Source: Clostridiales bacterium
GTDB lineage: Bacteria; Bacillota; Clostridia; Christensenellales; Borkfalkiaceae
NCBI GenBank assembly: GCA_015069525.1
Contig: SVIK01000001.1
Coordinates: 1 to 34,419 of the forward strand
DNA length: 34,419 nucleotides
Direction of reading: 5' to 3'
Shown here: piece by piece, positions 7,571-16,474 of the stretch
Layout of the letters: every line of letters starts with the position of its first letter
Numbering within the stretch: position 1 is the stretch's first letter
The notes under the pieces: model-generated
The model's input: the letters and a program-made list of their open reading frames with translations, nothing else
What the model was told of the DNA's origin: nothing
Databases searched by the model: none
Position numbers and translations under genes: made by a program

Positions 7571-8286
7571 TGGCGTCGATAGAACAAAATGGGACGACTT
7601 TTACTTTTTCCGTATTACCGCTTGAAAAACGAGCTGACGGATTTTGGGCGCGCACGGAAACTGCACTTAAAAATCCGTATATTTCCTATCAATATATTGG
7701 TGAGGAATTTTCCAAGGAAGAGATAGAAAATTGGATATTCAGTATGTTTCGCTTTCTTGCGGGCGGTTATGCGAAGGAAAGGAGCTTGTCTTTTGAAAAG
7801 GCGGGGCTTGCGATAGATTTTTATCCGTATACGGCAAACGGTGGGGACGAGTCAAGGCACGTTCGCCGTGCTAACGATTGTGTAATGGCAATTCGTCTTT
7901 TGATGCGCGATAACGGGAATTGGCTGGGTGGCGTATACTCCGTTATGCTACATAGAAAGGAAATAGAATCCTTTGCTTTGGCGTTGCGGGAGGAGTTTGT
8001 TTCCGCTTTTGCTCGCTTTGAGAAAAAGAGAGGGAAGTACTTGTTCGTCGGGGTGAGCCCCGAAGGGTATAAAGGTTGTAATTATTGGTATTTAGACAAA
8101 ACGAAGAAGGTAAAGGCAGGCGATTACGTTTGGGTGATAATGGGCAGACATAAAACCAAACAAATCGTGTACGTGGACAGCGTACGCTTTTGCGACGAGG
8201 ATACTTCGCCTTGCGAACCTGACGAGGCGAAATGCGTTTTACGGATAGCAAACGATGAGGAAATAAAAGAATATTTAAAGGGATAA
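7570..8286 (+). CDS. Hypothetical two-domain protein, translationally coupled to the TIGR04076 gene
   Basis: ATG 7570 overlaps the upstream stop TAA 7568-7570 (TAATG). 238 aa with no signal peptide or TM segment. I recognised no family with confidence. Confidence 0.75.
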   Translation: MASIEQNGTTFTFSVLPLEKRADGFWARTETALKNPYISYQYIGEEFSKEEIENWIFSMFRFLAGGYAKERSLSFEKAGLAIDFYPYTANGGDESRHVRRANDCVMAIRLLMRDNGNWLGGVYSVMLHRKEIESFALALREEFVSAFARFEKKRGKYLFVGVSPEGYKGCNYWYLDKTKKVKAGDYVWVIMGRHKTKQIVYVDSVRFCDEDTSPCEPDEAKCVLRIANDEEIKEYLKG

Positions 8287-8287
8287 G

Positions 8288-8325
8288 AAAAACCCCGAGT
8301 ACGGAACTCCGTCCTCGGGGTTTTA
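8288..8325. terminator. Bidirectional terminator between convergent genes
   Basis: Outer stem AAAACCCCGAG (8289-8299) / CTCGGGGTTTT (8314-8324) and inner stem ACGGA / TCCGT. A/T runs on both sides. It lies between the + stop at 8286 and the potD stop at 8330. Confidence 0.85.
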
Positions 8326-8329
8326 ATAA

Positions 8330-9697
8330 TTAAAGGAAAGTAATATCGCTCCACATCATATTAGCGCGCGTATTGGCTGCGCCTTCGAAGGGGCGCATGG
8401 CAACGCAATGCGCAAGTGTTTCCATTGTGGGATATTGGGCGAATAACTGTCTTTTTAACTGCTCGGCAGGGGTGGATAAAACGTAGCCCTCGCCGAAGAA
8501 ATAGCTCAAATCGTAATCAACAGCCGTTTCGTCGTCCTCTTCCGCGGAATAATATTCTTCTACGTAATTTTCGTAGATATAATTATAATATTCGTCCGCT
8601 TCCGATTTAGGACCTGCAATACAGCTTGTATACCCGATAAACTCCATATTTCTCACGACGTTGTCGGGGCGGGAGAGGAAGTTGATAAACATGGTAGCCG
8701 CTTCCACGTCGCTACAATCTTTTGTCAACGTCCAGCCGTCAAACCAAAGATTGCTAACCGATTCAGGTATAGCGTAATTCAGCGTGATAGGGTTGGCAAC
8801 GGGGTTTTCCTCGTCTGCGCCTTCGGCGTAATCCATTACGTATACGCCGTCACCGCTCCATTGGTAATTGACGGTTATTTTTCCTGCAATCGTATCGTTT
8901 TTGCCTTCGTCCGTTTCAAAGCCGTAAAGATTGTCCGTGATAGACATCAGTTTCTTTTTTACGGCGTTCATCGTGCTTTCTTTCGTGTCGTTCATGATTT
9001 CCGTTAATTGCGCTTGATAGACGGCGAGGGGAATATTCCCTTTCTCGTATTCCGCTTTCAGTTGCAACAATTCGTCTTCATAAAGCATAGCCAGCCCAAC
9101 GAAATAGGTATCGCGAATATTATTTTTCGCCGTAATCTTGTGTGCATATTTTTTGTTGGTAAAGATATCCCAGCTCTTTACGTCGTTTTCGTCTACAAGT
9201 TCGGGGTTATACACAAAGCCCGTCGTGCCCCACATATACCCTGCGGAATATTCCTTCCAAGAATCCGTCTTTTCACCGTCGATATAGTTGGTGGAGAAGG
9301 TGCTGTCGATGTAGGGGGATACGTATTGAATATAGTAGTTCGTTTCCACGCTTTCGTCGAAAAAGGAAGCGGGCAATTTTTGGATATAGCCTTCTTTTGC
9401 GAGCTTCATAATCATATATTCTGACGGGCAAACAAGGTCGAAGCTGTCGCCCATTTTCAGCATACTGTAAAGCGATTCGTTGTCGGGCGCGGTGCAATAC
9501 TCAACGCGGATTTTTTTGCCCGTTTGTTTAAAATACCAATCTTCAAACTCGGCAATCATCGGGCTGTTGGCGTCCCCGCCGTCAATGTATTCCGCCCAGT
9601 TTGCCACTTTCAAAACGGGAGTTCTTTCGCAAGCGACTCCGCAAGAAAGAATAAAGGAAAGGGTAATGCCCAAGGCAATATATTTTTTCATTTTCAT
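8330..9697 (-). CDS. potD: Spermidine/putrescine ABC transporter substrate-binding lipoprotein
   Basis: Last gene of the potABCD order. Start set at ATG 9697-9695, which overlaps the potC stop (ATGA). Signal peptide MKMKKYIALGITLSFILSCG with a lipobox-like ILSC. PotD-like YMWGTTGFVYN block. Confidence 0.8.
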   Translation of the reverse strand: MKMKKYIALGITLSFILSCGVACERTPVLKVANWAEYIDGGDANSPMIAEFEDWYFKQTGKKIRVEYCTAPDNESLYSMLKMGDSFDLVCPSEYMIMKLAKEGYIQKLPASFFDESVETNYYIQYVSPYIDSTFSTNYIDGEKTDSWKEYSAGYMWGTTGFVYNPELVDENDVKSWDIFTNKKYAHKITAKNNIRDTYFVGLAMLYEDELLQLKAEYEKGNIPLAVYQAQLTEIMNDTKESTMNAVKKKLMSITDNLYGFETDEGKNDTIAGKITVNYQWSGDGVYVMDYAEGADEENPVANPITLNYAIPESVSNLWFDGWTLTKDCSDVEAATMFINFLSRPDNVVRNMEFIGYTSCIAGPKSEADEYYNYIYENYVEEYYSAEEDDETAVDYDLSYFFGEGYVLSTPAEQLKRQLFAQYPTMETLAHCVAMRPFEGAANTRANMMWSDITFL

Positions 9698-10500
9698 TGT
9701 CTTTTCCCTGCCTTTTTGCCCGTGCGTACGTTCATTACGATAACGGCAATTACGATGATGAGGAAAATAATCGCCGTAAACGCCCAATAGGAAGATTTGA
9801 TAACTTCTACTTGGCTTCCCTTAGAAAGGCTGTAAATATGCGTGCTTATCGTATCGAAAGTATTCGGTTTCGTGTATTCCGCAATTACGTAATCGTCCAA
9901 AGAAAGGGTGACGGCAAGCAAAAAGCCTGCGATAATCCCTGGTAAAATTTGCGGGATGATTACGGAAAAGAGCGCTTTTGTCGGCGTAGCCCCCAAATCG
10001 AGCGCCGCTTCGTATAAATTATTATCCATTTGTTTGAGTTTGGGGATAATGGAAAGCACGACGAAAGGAGTGCAAAGCACCATTTGTCCGAAAATCAGGG
10101 GTACGTAAGTGTATTTAGGCAACCCGATTGCCACCACGAGGAAAGCAAAGGAGATGGCTGTCACCACTTCCGCGTTGATGATGGGGATTTGGTTAATGCT
10201 GTTCAATGCGGAAGCCGTTCTTTTCTTGGAATAGAAAATACCGATAGCACCGATTGTACCAAGTAAAGTGGAGAGAGTAGCGACGACGATAGCAAGCGCC
10301 AACGTTTGTAAAACGATAGGCAAAGGCTGATTGTCCATATTAAAGAAATATTCATAATGGTCGAGACTGAACCCGTTCCAAGAGCTAATCGTATCCGACG
10401 CGTTAAAGCTGTATACGGTAAGAAGCATAATGGGCGCATAGATAAATAAGATGATTAAGCCTACGAATAACCATTTCAAACAAGATTTGATTTTTACCAT
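9694..10500 (-). CDS. potC: Spermidine/putrescine ABC transporter permease
   Basis: Polytopic membrane protein with EAA loop YEAALDLGATPTKALFSVIIPQILPGI. Overlaps potB by 7 nt. Confidence 0.85.
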   Translation of the reverse strand: MVKIKSCLKWLFVGLIILFIYAPIMLLTVYSFNASDTISSWNGFSLDHYEYFFNMDNQPLPIVLQTLALAIVVATLSTLLGTIGAIGIFYSKKRTASALNSINQIPIINAEVVTAISFAFLVVAIGLPKYTYVPLIFGQMVLCTPFVVLSIIPKLKQMDNNLYEAALDLGATPTKALFSVIIPQILPGIIAGFLLAVTLSLDDYVIAEYTKPNTFDTISTHIYSLSKGSQVEVIKSSYWAFTAIIFLIIVIAVIVMNVRTGKKAGKRQ

Positions 10501-11339
10501 AACGACGTACCTCTCGTATTCGTTTCCGATTCCGTGCTAAATCCGCCCGTAGCCCAAGTAATGAGGAACATAAGCGTCAATAACAACAGCGCCGTCACCG
10601 AGCCGATATTCCATAAATCGTTTCTAAAACATTCGTCTATGAAAGAACCGATAATTTTGGTGTGGTTGAACGTCATATAATTGGATACGACGTAGTTCGT
10701 CATAGACGGTAAAAATACCATAGATATCCCGCTCATAATTCCTGCTTTGGAAAGGGGCAAGGTCACTTTAACAAACGCTTTTGCGGGTGTTGCGCCAAGG
10801 TCTTTGGCGGCTTCAAGGTAGCTTTTATCAATCTTAATAATCGTGGTGTAGATAGGTAAAATCATAAAGGGGAGGAAGTCGTACACCATACCAAGCACGG
10901 TGTTAAAGATGTTCCAACCTGGTTTGTTGTAAATACCAATCCACTCCAACAATTCTTTCAGCGCGTTGATACGGAGCACGAAATTTACCCACATCGGCAC
11001 GATGAATAAGAGCAATAAGCCGAACTTATTTTTTAATTTGCAGTTAGCGATGATATAAGCGATAGGATAGGCGATAAGCAAGCATACGATTGTGCTTGTG
11101 AAAGAGATGAACAAGCTTTGCAAAATCGTCTTAAAGCGTGCCGTTTGAAAAAAGCTGTCGCCACCGCTTCCGCTGAAAAAGATTACAAGGTTTTCAAAGG
11201 TGAATTTACCGTTTGCGTCGGTAAAGGCGTAATACACGATAATAAGCAAGGGAACGACGACGAAGAACCCTAAAAACAAACCGTAGGGTATCGCCAACAA
11301 TTTCCTTGAAAAACGTGGACGAAATTTGGTGTTTGTCAT
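10494..11339 (-). CDS. potB: Spermidine/putrescine ABC transporter permease
   Basis: Polytopic membrane protein with EAA loop LEAAKDLGATPAKAFVKVTLPLSKAGI. 4-nt overlap with potA. Confidence 0.85.
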   Translation of the reverse strand: MTNTKFRPRFSRKLLAIPYGLFLGFFVVVPLLIIVYYAFTDANGKFTFENLVIFFSGSGGDSFFQTARFKTILQSLFISFTSTIVCLLIAYPIAYIIANCKLKNKFGLLLLFIVPMWVNFVLRINALKELLEWIGIYNKPGWNIFNTVLGMVYDFLPFMILPIYTTIIKIDKSYLEAAKDLGATPAKAFVKVTLPLSKAGIMSGISMVFLPSMTNYVVSNYMTFNHTKIIGSFIDECFRNDLWNIGSVTALLLLTLMFLITWATGGFSTESETNTRGTSLW

Positions 11340-12856
11340 TGTTTCTTGCCCTCCGCAACTTTCAGCGAAAGCTTGATTTTATCTTTGGGGATAATAAGGC
11401 TGACAAGGTCGTTTTCGTTCCACAAGTCTTCGCAAGCAAGTACGTAATCTTCTTCGTTTTCCGTACGTACGATATAACGGTAATATTCACTCTTATAAAT
11501 AAGCGAGATAATATTCCCTTTTGCTCCGCCCTCGTCGAGGTTGTCGCTCATGGTGATGTCGTGTAAACCGACTTCCACGTTTACTTCCGTATCGGTGAGG
11601 TCGATTTTTTCACCTTTTGCCGTAATAAGATATCCTTCTTCGTCCAGCACGCTTCCAGGATACAATTGCGTGACGTCGCACTCAAATTCTCCGTCGCCAA
11701 ACTCTACGGTGTTGCGTTTTGTAATAACGCCGTTGAAACGGTTGACGCGGAATACCTTTTTCATGACGTGGATACCGTCGGGTTTAATGGAAAGGCTAAC
11801 CTGCGAACCGAGCGTCGGCGCCTGCGTGCTTTGGATTTCAATTTCATATCTTCCGCATTGTACCAAAATTTGGTAATGCATGCCTTTGAAGATAACGGAG
11901 GTGACTTTGCCTTTTAAGGGCAACGCATCGGGGGGGAGAATTTCCACGTCTTCGGGACGAACGACGACGTCTACGGGCTCGTCCTTTTCAAATCCGCCGT
12001 CCAAACACGCAAACGTCTTTCCGCAGAAACGCACTTGTCCGTCTTTGGGCATCACGCCGGAGAAAATATTGCTTTCACCGATGAAGTCTGCCACGAAGGT
12101 GTTTTTCGGCTCGTTATAAATGCTTTCGGGCGTACCGATTTGTTGAATTACGCCGTCTGCCATAACGACGATGGTGTCCGACATAGTAAGGGCTTCTTCT
12201 TGGTCGTGTGTGACGTAGATAAAGGTGATGCCCAATTTTTTGTGCATGGCTTTGAGTTCCAACTGCATTTCCTTGCGCATCTTCAAATCGAGTGCGCCAA
12301 GCGGTTCGTCGAGAAGCAAAATTTCGGGCTCGTTTACAATTGCGCGCGCGATAGCGATACGCTGTTGTTGTCCACCTGAAAGGGTAGCGATGCTACGCTT
12401 TTCAAAACCGCTTAAATCGACGATTTCAAGCGCTTTTTTAACTTTTTCTGCAATAATAGCTTTCGGGAGTTTTTCTAAACGAGTTTTTTCATTACCACGT
12501 TTATCCACGTACGTCGTTTCCACGCGTTTTTGTTTAAGCCCAAACGCAACGTTTTCAAAAACGTTGAGGTGGGGGAAGAGCGCGTATTTTTGGAAGACGG
12601 TATTGACAGGGCGTTTGTTGGGGGGCAAGTTGCTGATATCCTGTCCGTTAAGCAAGATTTGTCCGCTTGTAGGCATATCAAAGCCTGCAATCATGCGCAA
12701 GGTCGTCGTTTTGCCACACCCCGAAGGACCGAGGAAGGTGACGAATTCGCCTTTGCGCACGTAGAGGTTCATATTCTCCACGACGGAAACGCCGTCAAAT
12801 TGTTTGCATACGTCAATAAGTTCGATTATTTTACGTTCGTTTTGATTGTTAGCCAT
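11336..12856 (-). CDS. potA: Spermidine/putrescine import ATP-binding protein with an extended C-terminus
   Basis: Walker A GPSGCGKTT, signature LSGGQQQR, Walker B LLLDEPL, H-loop VTHDQ, a TOBE-like region, then about 140 extra residues. RBS AGGAGAA before ATG 12856. Confidence 0.9.
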   Translation of the reverse strand: MANNQNERKIIELIDVCKQFDGVSVVENMNLYVRKGEFVTFLGPSGCGKTTTLRMIAGFDMPTSGQILLNGQDISNLPPNKRPVNTVFQKYALFPHLNVFENVAFGLKQKRVETTYVDKRGNEKTRLEKLPKAIIAEKVKKALEIVDLSGFEKRSIATLSGGQQQRIAIARAIVNEPEILLLDEPLGALDLKMRKEMQLELKAMHKKLGITFIYVTHDQEEALTMSDTIVVMADGVIQQIGTPESIYNEPKNTFVADFIGESNIFSGVMPKDGQVRFCGKTFACLDGGFEKDEPVDVVVRPEDVEILPPDALPLKGKVTSVIFKGMHYQILVQCGRYEIEIQSTQAPTLGSQVSLSIKPDGIHVMKKVFRVNRFNGVITKRNTVEFGDGEFECDVTQLYPGSVLDEEGYLITAKGEKIDLTDTEVNVEVGLHDITMSDNLDEGGAKGNIISLIYKSEYYRYIVRTENEEDYVLACEDLWNENDLVSLIIPKDKIKLSLKVAEGKKQ

Positions 12857-12895
12857 ACTATTTTCTCCTGAAAGAAATCATTGGTGTTGTTATAT

Positions 12896-13429
12896 TTAGA
12901 AATTGGGTGGGGTGGACACCCATAAAAATCTTGCTTTGCCCTTTCCTTTATTTATAATAGAATGCGGTTTGTTGGCGGGATAATAAAAAGCTTCTCCTTT
13001 TTTACAAGCGTAGCGCTTGTTTCCAAGGACAACGGCGATTTTTCCTTCCAAAACGTAGCCGAATTCTTCGCCTTCATGCGGGATGTCGCTCGCGGTGGAA
13101 ACGTCTTCTGCCAATTCCACGAGGACGGGTTCCATCATGTTTTTTTGTGCGTTGGGGATAAGCCAATTCCATTTCATACCCTCGGCGTCTTTTTCAATAA
13201 ATTCTTCTTTGGAAAAGACTACCTTTTCGCCCGTTTCTTCACGGAAGAATTCCGCAAGGTTGCTTCCTAACGCGGAAAGAATATCCGTCAAGGTGGCGAT
13301 AGAGGGGCTGTTTAAATCGTTTTCAAGCTGAGAAATGTATCCTTTCGTCAATTCGCATCTATCGGCAAGCTCTTTTTGCGTCAATCCAAGCTGGTTGCGC
13401 ATTTGTTTAATTTTTTCGCCTAAATCCAT
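12896..13429 (-). CDS. XRE-family HTH plus cupin transcriptional regulator (PuuR-like), likely first gene of the pot operon
   Basis: N-terminal HTH_3 (LGLTQKELADRCELTKGYISQLENDLNSPSIATL). C-terminal cupin (GEEFGYVLEGK...GEAFYYPANKPH). Ends 39 nt upstream of potA on the same strand. Confidence 0.85.
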   Translation of the reverse strand: MDLGEKIKQMRNQLGLTQKELADRCELTKGYISQLENDLNSPSIATLTDILSALGSNLAEFFREETGEKVVFSKEEFIEKDAEGMKWNWLIPNAQKNMMEPVLVELAEDVSTASDIPHEGEEFGYVLEGKIAVVLGNKRYACKKGEAFYYPANKPHSIINKGKGKARFLWVSTPPNF

Positions 13430-13482
13430 GCTTTACCTCGTAAAAAAATTCCGTACAAGGACGGTTTGTTAATAATAAACAC

Positions 13483-13505
13483 AAAGTTTAGTGAAAATAA
13501 ACTTT
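13483..13505. promoter_or_regulatory. 8-7-8 inverted repeat, candidate operator in the regulator/pot leader
   Basis: AAAGTTTA (13483-13490), gtgaaaa, TAAACTTT (13498-13505). It sits just downstream of the predicted -10 of the minus-strand promoter. Confidence 0.45.
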
Positions 13506-13516
13506 TTACGAGTTTT

Positions 13517-13545
13517 ATTATAAATAAAGATAGGTATAATGTCAA
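13517..13545 (-). promoter_or_regulatory. Consensus sigma-A promoter of the regulator-potABCD operon
   Basis: On the minus strand: TTGACA (13545-13540), 17-nt spacer, TATAAT (13522-13517). Confidence 0.6.
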
Positions 13546-13640
13546 TCGTTTAAAAGGCATTTTGTGATATTTTTTACAAGGTTAGAAGAAAAAAAGTAAA
13601 AAAATATCCCCGAGAGGGGAGGAGTGGTTTCTTTACACAC

Positions 13641-13669
13641 GAAAAAGAGGTCTGCCCATGGGCAGACCT
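13641..13669 (-). terminator. Rho-independent terminator of rpsT
   Basis: Stem AGGTCTGCC (13648-13656) / GGCAGACCT (13661-13669), loop CATG. The minus strand reads the hairpin followed by CTTTTTC. Confidence 0.8.
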
Positions 13670-13698
13670 TCATATAATAATATGATTTCCGTTTTAGA

Positions 13699-13962
13699 TT
13701 AGTTCAAAGCAGCGAGTTTCTTTGCAAGCTTTGCCTTTCTGTTGTTTGCGTTGTTCTTATGGATAACGCCTTTGGTTACTGCGGAGTCGATTGCAGAAAC
13801 GGTAGCGGGATAGAGAGCCGTAGCTTCTTCCTTGTTGCCAGCGTTTACAGCTTCGAGGAATTTTTTAACTTGCGTTTTCAAAGCGGATTTAATAGCTTTG
13901 TTTTGCATCGTTTTCTTTTCGATAACCAAAACTCTTTTCTTTGCGGATTTAATATTAGGCAT
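13699..13962 (-). CDS. rpsT: 30S ribosomal protein S20
   Basis: 87 aa. Hallmark N-terminus MPNIKSAKKRV and a basic helical protein. RBS AAGGAG. Confidence 0.95.
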   Translation of the reverse strand: MPNIKSAKKRVLVIEKKTMQNKAIKSALKTQVKKFLEAVNAGNKEEATALYPATVSAIDSAVTKGVIHKNNANNRKAKLAKKLAALN

Positions 13963-14019
13963 AAGTATGTTCTCCTTGTAGTTCCGTTTTTTTCTTGCAC
14001 CAATTCAATTGCGTAGATT

Positions 14020-14048
14020 ATTTTAGCATAATTTTATAGGAAAGTAAA
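14020..14048 (-). promoter_or_regulatory. Putative rpsT promoter
   Basis: On the minus strand: TTTACT (14048-14043), 17-nt spacer ending in TGC (extended -10), TAAAAT (14025-14020). Confidence 0.45.
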
Positions 14049-14116
14049 CTGTTTTTAGGGTGTAAAAACGGAAAAAGAATAAAAAAATCATTTTTTTTCG
14101 CGGTAGGTATAGAAAA

Positions 14117-14908
14117 ATGGGTATTCCACACGGCGGTATCGCTTTTTTTGATAGTGGCATTGGCGGATTGACCGTTTTAGCGGAGTGTCTAAAACGTTTG
14201 CCTAATGAACTTTTTTATTATTACGGGGATAACGCTCGCGCGCCGTACGGAAATTTACCACCCGAACGCATTTACGGCTACGTGGAGGAAAGCATGGAGC
14301 TTTTTGCGTCGTTGCATGCGCGTGCGGTGGTGCTTGCGTGCAACACCGCGACGGCGGTTTGCATTGAAACGTTGCGCAAAAAATATGCCTTCCCCATTAT
14401 CGGGGCGGAGCCCGCCGTATTGCCCGCGGTAAAAGCGAGCGACGACGTTTTGGTCTTATCCACGTGCGCCACGCAAAGTAGCGCGCGTTTTTCCCGCCTT
14501 TGCCAACGGGTAAAAAAGCAATTTCCAACCGTCCGTCTTACGCTTGCACCTTGCCATGATTTGGCAAAAGAAATAGAAAATCACGTCTTGGATAGCGCGT
14601 ATTCCTACGCCCCGTTTTTGCCAACGGGAAACCCGTCGGCGGTAGTGCTTGGATGCACCCATTACGTCTACGCAAAGGAGCAGATACAAAAGCACTATAA
14701 TTGCCCCGTTTTTGACGGCAACGAGGGGATAGCAAATCGCCTCGTTGAGAGGCTTTTTTTAGCTGAAAATACGGTTGCCGAGCAAAATATTAGGGACGAG
14801 CGACCACTCGTGACTACGGCGCGACCACCCAAAATCTACTTCCTTGGAGGCGAAAAAAGTCGAAATTTGCGTGTTTTCGAACATATGTTCGCGAAATACT
14901 CAAAATGA
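14117..14908 (+). CDS. murI: Glutamate racemase
   Basis: FFDSGIGGLTV and YYGDNARAPYG, plus the two catalytic Cys motifs ACNTA and GCTHY. Confidence 0.92.
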   Translation: MGIPHGGIAFFDSGIGGLTVLAECLKRLPNELFYYYGDNARAPYGNLPPERIYGYVEESMELFASLHARAVVLACNTATAVCIETLRKKYAFPIIGAEPAVLPAVKASDDVLVLSTCATQSSARFSRLCQRVKKQFPTVRLTLAPCHDLAKEIENHVLDSAYSYAPFLPTGNPSAVVLGCTHYVYAKEQIQKHYNCPVFDGNEGIANRLVERLFLAENTVAEQNIRDERPLVTTARPPKIYFLGGEKSRNLRVFEHMFAKYSK

Positions 14909-14956
14909 GTGGTTAAAAAACCCAAAAATTTCAAAAAAATTGGAAAAATTTTGTTC

Positions 14957-14993
14957 AAAAGTGTTGACAAGTGGTTAAAAGTGGGTGTATAAT
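14957..14993 (+). promoter_or_regulatory. dcw promoter overlapped by three 10-bp-phased AAGTG[GT] repeats (MraZ-box-like)
   Basis: TTGACA (14964-14969), 18-nt spacer, TATAAT (14988-14993). Repeats: AAAAGTGTT (14957), ACAAGTGGT (14967), AAAAGTGGG (14977), at a 10-bp period. Confidence 0.55.
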
Positions 14994-15047
14994 AATATCA
15001 CGCATGAATTTTCGTTGCGCGAGATTGAAGTAAGGAGGAAACGTGAA

Positions 15048-15473
15048 ATGTTCAAAGGCGTGTTCGAGCATCAATTAGACGACAAAAACAGACTGCGTAT
15101 TCCTTCGAAATTCAAGAAAGAATTGACGGGGGAACACGGTGAAAAAACGTACAGCTTTTTCCGCGGTATGAACCGTTGCATTTGCGTAATGAGCGACGAT
15201 TTGCTTGACGATACGATAAGTTCGTTATCGGAGGAAGGGATTTCCGAATCGAGCGAAGCGTCGACGCTGTTTTTCGGCAACATCTTTTCAGCAGAAGAGG
15301 ACGGGCAAGGGCGTGTGACTTTGCCTTCCGCCTTAAAGAAAATGGCGGGAATCCAAAAGAACGTTGTCACCCTTGGTAGAGGTAGACGTTTAGAGATTTG
15401 GGCGGCTGAAAAATACTATGAATATATTGAAGGCGTGGATTACGACGCAGAATTGAAGAAATTGGGGATTTAA
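15048..15473 (+). CDS. mraZ: Transcriptional regulator MraZ
   Basis: Start moved to ATG 15048 (AGGAGG 15033-15038). Two SpoVT/AbrB-like halves with DDKNRLRIPSKF and DGQGRVTLPSAL. Confidence 0.92.
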   Translation: MFKGVFEHQLDDKNRLRIPSKFKKELTGEHGEKTYSFFRGMNRCICVMSDDLLDDTISSLSEEGISESSEASTLFFGNIFSAEEDGQGRVTLPSALKKMAGIQKNVVTLGRGRRLEIWAAEKYYEYIEGVDYDAELKKLGI

Positions 15474-15476
15474 ACG

Positions 15477-16415
15477 ATGTTGGAGTTTTCGCACAAACCC
15501 GTAATGCTGGAAGAATGTATGCAAGGGCTGAACTTGAAAGAGGGCGGGGTATACTTTGACGGCACGGTTGGCGGAGGCGGACATTCTTACGAGATATTAA
15601 AGCGCACGTCACCCAACGGAAAACTAATTGCAACCGATTTAGACGACGAAGCCATTTCGGCGGCGCATAAACGCTTGCAACCGTTTGCGGGTAGATTTCA
15701 AATTTTCAAATCGAATTATAAAGATTACGAACGCGTATTCGATATGGCGGAAATCGATAAAATCGACGGTGCGATTTTGGATTTTGGGATATCCTCTCAC
15801 CAAATCGACGATGAAGAGAGAGGATTTTCTTATAGAATGCCCGACGCGCCCCTCGATATGCGTATGGATAGAAGCGCACCGCTTACGGCGGAAATCATCT
15901 TGAATACTTATTCGGAAGACAAGCTCGCGCGGATATTAAAAATGTACGGCGAGGAAACGTTTGCTCGACAAATCGCGCACGGCGTTGTAAAGGCACGCGC
16001 GGTAAAACCGTTAAAGACGTCGGGGGAGTTTGCGGAAATCATTAGAAATAATATTCCTGCAAAATTCCGTTTCGGAGCGCCTTGTGAAAGAAAGAGTTTC
16101 CAAGCGCTTCGTATCGAAGTGAACGGCGAGTTGGACGGCTTGTACGAATTAACCTTGTCTTTGACAAGAAGATTAAAATCGGGTGGACGAATCGTAATTC
16201 TTACCTTCCAATCGTTAGAGGATAGGATTGTAAAAGAGGCGTTCCGTTATTTGGAAAATCCTTGTAGATGTCCGTCGAGTTTTCCCGTATGTACGTGCGG
16301 AAAGAAACCGGAAATCAAGGTTATCACGAAGAAGCCGATTACGGCTTGCGAACAGGAATTGGAAGAAAATTCTCGAAGCAAATGCGCAAAATTGCGTATT
16401 GCGGAAAAATTATAA
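15477..16415 (+). CDS. rsmH: 16S rRNA (cytosine1402-N4)-methyltransferase
   Basis: HKPVMLEE, DGTVGGGGHS, DFGISSHQID, SLEDRIVK. Position directly after mraZ. Confidence 0.95.
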   Translation: MLEFSHKPVMLEECMQGLNLKEGGVYFDGTVGGGGHSYEILKRTSPNGKLIATDLDDEAISAAHKRLQPFAGRFQIFKSNYKDYERVFDMAEIDKIDGAILDFGISSHQIDDEERGFSYRMPDAPLDMRMDRSAPLTAEIILNTYSEDKLARILKMYGEETFARQIAHGVVKARAVKPLKTSGEFAEIIRNNIPAKFRFGAPCERKSFQALRIEVNGELDGLYELTLSLTRRLKSGGRIVILTFQSLEDRIVKEAFRYLENPCRCPSSFPVCTCGKKPEIKVITKKPITACEQELEENSRSKCAKLRIAEKL

Positions 16416-16474
16416 TACGAAATCCCGCTTGGTGAAGGTTAAGGAGTGGGAAAAAGAAACACGGAGGCACAGTT

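Noticed and set aside
9698-9787. N-terminal 30 codons of the listed potD ORF.
   Set aside because: This stretch overlaps the potC coding end. ATG 9697 gives a normal lipoprotein signal peptide and an ATGA stop-start overlap.
14985-15047. N-terminal 21 codons of the listed mraZ ORF.
   Set aside because: This stretch begins within the promoter -10. AGGAGG precedes ATG 15048, which gives the canonical MraZ N-terminus MFKGVFEH.
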